Part shown: one piece after another, positions 62,880-64,000 of the stretch
Position numbering within the stretch: position 1 is the stretch's first letter
Layout of the letters: every line of letters begins with the position of its first letter
Source: Actinomycetes bacterium
Lineage (GTDB): Bacteria > Actinomycetota > Acidimicrobiia > Acidimicrobiales > RAAP-2
DNA: 64,000 nt
Assembly (NCBI GenBank): GCA_021791635.1
Contig: JAJYWF010000002.1
Span: 4,392 to 68,391 of the forward strand
Direction of reading: 5' to 3'
The notes under the pieces: model-generated
The model's database searches: none
What the model was told of the DNA's origin: nothing
The model's input: only the letters and a program-made list of their open reading frames with translations
Made by a program: the position numbers and the translations under genes

Positions 62880-64000
62880 CCTTCCCGGTCAGGCCGTCGG
62901 CCTCTGGGGGCTCGGCGTAGAGGGCCGAGCCAACTTGCGACGGGTTCGGGCCCTGGGGATCACTCCCGTCCTGGTGGACGACCACCCGACCGGCGACCTC
63001 GTAGACGACCTGGTCGTCCTGCCCACTTCGGACGGAGGCCTGGAGGCGCTCCAGCGGTGCGACGTGGTGGTCAAGACCCCTGGCGTCAGCCGCCATCGTC
63101 GGGACGTAGAAACCCTCACCCGGCAGGGGGTGAAGGTGGTCGGGGGGCTGGGGCTCTGGATGGAGGAGGTCGACCGCTCGCGGGTCCTGTGCATCACCGG
63201 AACCAAGGGCAAGAGCACGACGGCGGCCATCGCCGGTCATCTACTCGAGGGAATGGGGTACCGGTGCCTGGTCGCCGGGAACATCGGGCTCCTCCCCTAC
63301 GACCCCGCACTTTCGGACCTCTCCTACGACTACTGGGTGGTCGAGACGTCGAGCTTCCAGGTGACCGACCTGGCCGCGTCACCCCCGGTGGTGGCGGTCA
63401 CCTCCCTGCATCCGGACCACTTGGACTGGCACGGGGACGTCGAGACCTACTACCGCGAGAAGCTGGCACTGTGCTCCCGGCCCGGTGCGCTGGTGACTGT
63501 GGCCGCCGGAGACGACCCGGTGCTCCGCGCCCACCGGCACCTGCTCGGCCACGAAGTCCGATGGGTGTCCGCCGACGGCGACGCGGGCTCGTGGACCGAC
63601 GCGCTGGCTCTCCGGGGGCGGCACAACCGCACCAACGCGTTGATCGCCCGGACCTGCCTTCGAGAGATGGGGGTGACTGAAGCGTCGGACGACGACTGCG
63701 TCACCCGGGCCGCTGCCGGATTCCGGGGCCTCGCCAGCCGCCTGTCGGAGGTCGGCACGGTCGGTGGAGTCGAGTTCGTCGACGACAGCCTTTCCACCAA
63801 CGTCCTGGCCACCCTCGCCGCGCTCGCCACCTACCCGCGGCGCCGGGTCGCACTCATCGTGGGCGGGCACGACCGGGGGATCGACTACGGGCCGCTGGCC
63901 GAGGGCCTGGCCAACAGGATGGCCAGCGGTGCCGGGAGCGGGGCGGGCTCCAGCGCGGCCAGCGGGGCGGAGCCCCTGATCGTCCTCACGCTTCCTGGAG
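62848..64000 (+). CDS. MurD-like Mur ligase (candidate MurD2), truncated by the window end
   Basis: Frame 1 is open from ATG 62848 to the window end, so it is not in the ORF track. GLWGLGVEGRA Rossmann N-terminus, ITGTKGKSTT P-loop, and DDSLSTN where canonical MurD has DSKATN. Confidence 0.8.
   Translation, partial: MPTPPKISWSDLPGQAVGLWGLGVEGRANLRRVRALGITPVLVDDHPTGDLVDDLVVLPTSDGGLEALQRCDVVVKTPGVSRHRRDVETLTRQGVKVVGGLGLWMEEVDRSRVLCITGTKGKSTTAAIAGHLLEGMGYRCLVAGNIGLLPYDPALSDLSYDYWVVETSSFQVTDLAASPPVVAVTSLHPDHLDWHGDVETYYREKLALCSRPGALVTVAAGDDPVLRAHRHLLGHEVRWVSADGDAGSWTDALALRGRHNRTNALIARTCLREMGVTEASDDDCVTRAAAGFRGLASRLSEVGTVGGVEFVDDSLSTNVLATLAALATYPRRRVALIVGGHDRGIDYGPLAEGLANRMASGAGSGAGSSAASGAEPLIVLTLPG

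Overview
High-GC (about 70%) actinobacterial chromosome segment, very gene-dense (about 62 CDS plus one tRNA). It consists almost entirely of housekeeping genes. From about 35 kb to 56 kb the gene order on the minus strand recalls, from memory, the Mycobacterium Rv3579c-Rv3625c block: rlmB-ispF-ispD-carD, disA/radA, clpC, lysS-coaX, panD-panC, folK-folB-folP-folE and hpt/tilS. There are informative insertions and losses relative to that block. I saw no transposase, integrase, CRISPR array or recognisable defence island. The most interesting signals: (1) A SAM-I-clan riboswitch core lies in the leader of a threonine-synthase-family gene that is followed by a ThiS/MoaD-type sulfur carrier ending in GG. 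This suggests a sulfur-carrier-dependent homocysteine/methionine route (MetM/MetO-like). (2) A pgeF / PP-loop-like protein / second MurD-like ligase cluster lies outside any dcw context and resembles the MurL-MurD2 L-Glu-then-epimerise pathway. (3) Nickel-pincer cofactor genes are split: larB-larC are coupled to a secreted S33 hydrolase, and larE is coupled between hemQ and a stand-alone NIL-domain gene. No larA is present in the window. (4) A dual-specificity-phosphatase-like gene sits inside the folate operon, with its catalytic Cys replaced by Gln. (5) tilS and hpt are fused in frame, and ftsH is absent from its usual position. (6) sigH-rsrA is joined by overlapping stop/start codons to an HExxH metalloprotease. 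Two further patterns stand out: about 18 four-nucleotide stop/start overlaps, and many in-frame tandem repeats inside or at the ends of housekeeping genes. Many long alternative-frame ORFs in the track are GC artefacts. The track also prints GTG and TTG starts as M, so several start coordinates were re-derived from the sequence.
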